Shown: positions 1-1,110 of the stretch, piece after piece
How positions within the stretch are numbered: position 1 is the stretch's first letter
How the letters are laid out: the number at the start of each line of letters is the position of its first letter
Assembly (NCBI GenBank): GCA_000004985.1
Contig: GG739553.1
DNA length: 1,110 bases
Origin: Naegleria gruberi
Lineage: Eukaryota
Reading direction: 5' to 3' (one strand)
Notes under the pieces: generated by a model
What the model saw: only the letters and a program-made list of their open reading frames with translations
Databases searched by the model: none
Told to the model about the DNA's origin: nothing
Program-made: the position numbers and the translations under genes

Positions 1-846
1 ACGCTTACTGGCTCAGGTATTGCAAGACCTGTTTGTGAATTAGACGATTTTCATTATGGATTTGATGCCACTGATCCAATCCTATACACAATTGCGAGAG
101 AATTAATAACAAACAAATACTCGCCAATAATTAATGCCCAACCACACCAAATTTTACGTCAATTATTAGCTGTTCCACAGCAAAAACCAGAATTCTTAGA
201 CGTTGCTATATTTTTAATGCTTGCACAATCAAGTGGACAATCTTTGAAAAACTATTCTGTTATTTCCAAAGCTCTATCGAATAGCTCTAAACGCAATTCA
301 AAAAAAATTAAGAAAGAGAATAAGACCTGGGATGTTATGAACGAGAAGTTTCAAATTACTTCATCAATGACCTGCTATGATTTTTTACGTAAATATAGAC
401 AATCAAAATGGGCGATTCCCTTACTGGAACGATACAAACATGTTGTGGAGTGCTTGTTGGGAGATCTTTTGTACTTCCATTGTGTTGGTGAACAAACCTT
501 ATCTCATTTAATTCATGGACTGTACTATTATCCTTCGAGATATTGTCATCCAGATGTCATTTGTTTAAACAAAAACAAAAATGGCCTTACTGGTATTTTC
601 GTTTGTAACAAGAATGAAAAAATACGACAAGGTATAAAGTCAATTTCACCAAACCTGTTTTTCAAAACAAAGTCTCAAAATGCTACACCTGGAGAAACAC
701 TAGCAAGTTGGTGGGATAATTGTACTGCTAAAAAATTGCTTGAGGATATGGTTAACAATCAAAAATCAATTCTCTTATTAGTGCACTTACAAGAAATGGC
801 CACAGTTGAAATAGAACCGAGAATAGAGGTACGTATCTTGATTTAG
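1..846 (+). CDS. 3' portion (C-terminal 282 aa or more) of a protein-coding gene of unknown function; 5' end lies outside the window. The product looks like an N/K-rich, largely helical hypothetical protein.
   Basis: Frame 1 has no stop from base 1 to TAG 844-846. The other two + frames hit stops almost immediately (TGA 36-38, TAG 41-43). The ORF track reports the in-frame 217-846 segment, but codons 1-216 translate cleanly (TLTGSGIARPVCELDDFHYGFDATDPILYTIARELITNKYSPIINAQPHQILRQLLAVPQQKPEFLDVAIFL...) with the same A/T-ending codon bias, so Met217 is internal. There is no competing minus-strand ORF. Confidence 0.8.
   Translation, partial: TLTGSGIARPVCELDDFHYGFDATDPILYTIARELITNKYSPIINAQPHQILRQLLAVPQQKPEFLDVAIFLMLAQSSGQSLKNYSVISKALSNSSKRNSKKIKKENKTWDVMNEKFQITSSMTCYDFLRKYRQSKWAIPLLERYKHVVECLLGDLLYFHCVGEQTLSHLIHGLYYYPSRYCHPDVICLNKNKNGLTGIFVCNKNEKIRQGIKSISPNLFFKTKSQNATPGETLASWWDNCTAKKLLEDMVNNQKSILLLVHLQEMATVEIEPRIEVRILI
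289..324 (+). other. Lys/Arg-rich low-complexity segment (KRNSKKIKKENK) inside the CDS; possible monopartite or bipartite NLS or a flexible basic linker.
   Basis: Direct translation of 289-324 gives K-R-N-S-K-K-I-K-K-E-N-K, flanked by Ser/Asn-rich residues (SNSS...). The basic cluster KKIKK preceded by KR matches classical NLS patterns. Confidence 0.3.
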
Positions 847-1007
847 ACAAAGTGTTTTTTATGACATTCTTGGCAAGAATTTGTATTCACTGTTTGTTTC
901 CAACTATATTGATGTTGCTAAATTTGCTGAAGATTAAGGAATTGTTGGAAGTTTCACAAATTGTATTCCGTTGTTCCTTCTAATTCCAACATTGAATGTT
1001 CCTCACT

Positions 1008-1013
1008 AATAAA
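1008..1013 (+). promoter_or_regulatory. Candidate polyadenylation signal hexamer AATAAA, 162 nt downstream of the stop codon.
   Basis: Exact AATAAA at 1008-1013 within ctcactAATAAAgcg, in an ORF-free AT-rich tail after the CDS. In AT-rich DNA the hexamer also occurs by chance. Confidence 0.3.
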
Positions 1014-1067
1014 GCGAATTAAGCCAACAAAATTAGAAATGACCTATTTATTTGATTAATACATAAT

Positions 1068-1073
1068 AATAAA
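1068..1073 (+). promoter_or_regulatory. Second candidate polyadenylation signal hexamer AATAAA (an alternative or distal site).
   Basis: Exact AATAAA at 1068-1073 within acataatAATAAAacatgg. Chance occurrence in AT-rich sequence cannot be excluded. Confidence 0.25.
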
Positions 1074-1110
1074 ACATGGCAACAGTAGTTATATTTGAAT
1101 ATAATTCTTT

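Noticed and set aside
201-219. TATATTTTTA immediately upstream of ATG 217, considered as a -10 or TATA promoter element defining a genuine start at 217
   Set aside because: The reading frame is open, with the same coding-like codon usage, for all 216 nt upstream. The element is 4-10 nt from the ATG, which is too close for a eukaryotic TATA box and leaves no leader or Shine-Dalgarno for a bacterial start. It is more simply read as the Ala-Ile-Phe-Leu codons of an internal segment.
829-846. GTACGT...TTAG read as a complete 18-nt micro-intron whose removal preserves frame
   Set aside because: Eighteen nucleotides is below the minimum intron length of essentially all spliceosomal systems. The few ciliates with tiny introns use fixed 15-16 nt or longer classes. 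Splicing it out would only swap VRILI-stop for TKCFL-stop (next in-frame stop TGA 862-864), which gives no biological rationale.
866-880. Inverted repeat ATTCTTG-g-CAAGAAT, 20 nt after the stop, considered as a rho-independent terminator
   Set aside because: The stem is entirely A/T-rich apart from one or two G:C pairs and is effectively only 5-6 bp, with a loop of 1-3 nt. The T6 run (855-860) comes before the stem rather than after it, and only TTTG follows. This does not meet intrinsic-terminator criteria, and palindromes of this size are common by chance.
948-955. GAAgtTTC heat-shock-element-like dyad, and the TTCttggcaaGAA palindrome at 867-879 as a STAT-like site
   Set aside because: Only two HSE half-sites are present where three or more are needed. 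The STAT spacing is wrong. Both lie downstream of the only gene in the window. Short GAA/TTC dyads are expected by chance in AT-rich DNA.
1052-1106. The -35-like TTGATT (1052-1057) and TTGAAT (1095-1100) hexamers, and the TAATAAT/ATAATT -10-like hexamers, considered as a promoter for a downstream gene
   Set aside because: No pair has 16-19 bp spacing: TTGAAT abuts ATAATT directly, and TTGATT is 6 nt from TAATAAT. Such hexamers are ubiquitous in DNA with about 25% GC. No downstream ORF is visible to be driven.
1-1110. Screen for a CRISPR array, tRNA or rRNA, terminal inverted repeats or IS ends, integrase attachment sites, or any defence or mobile-element gene architecture
   Set aside because: There are no direct repeats of 24-40 bp with regular spacing, no cloverleaf-compatible sequence with conserved tRNA positions (T-loop GTTCRA, D-loop GG), no terminal inverted repeats, and only one gene fragment in the window, so there is nothing to call.

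Overview
A single, 5'-truncated protein-coding gene on the + strand occupies most of the window, followed by a gene-free AT-rich tail. Frame 1 is open from base 1 to the TAG at 844-846, so the ORF-track start at 217 is an internal Met and the true start lies upstream of the window. The roughly 282 encoded residues are N/K-rich, look alpha-helical, and carry one Lys/Arg-rich stretch that resembles a nuclear localisation signal (NLS). I could not assign the protein to a family by eye. The 264 bp after the stop (847-1110) have no long ORF on either strand and no convincing intrinsic terminator. They do contain two AATAAA hexamers and T-rich tracts. Together with about 33% GC, the N/K-rich composition and a splice-donor-like GAG|GTACGT near the stop, this looks more like the 3' end and 3' UTR of a gene from an AT-rich eukaryote than a prokaryotic locus, though I cannot prove domain of origin from 1.1 kb. 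I see no CRISPR array, tRNA, rRNA, transposon ends or defence-system architecture. The findings below are modest and mostly concern annotation.
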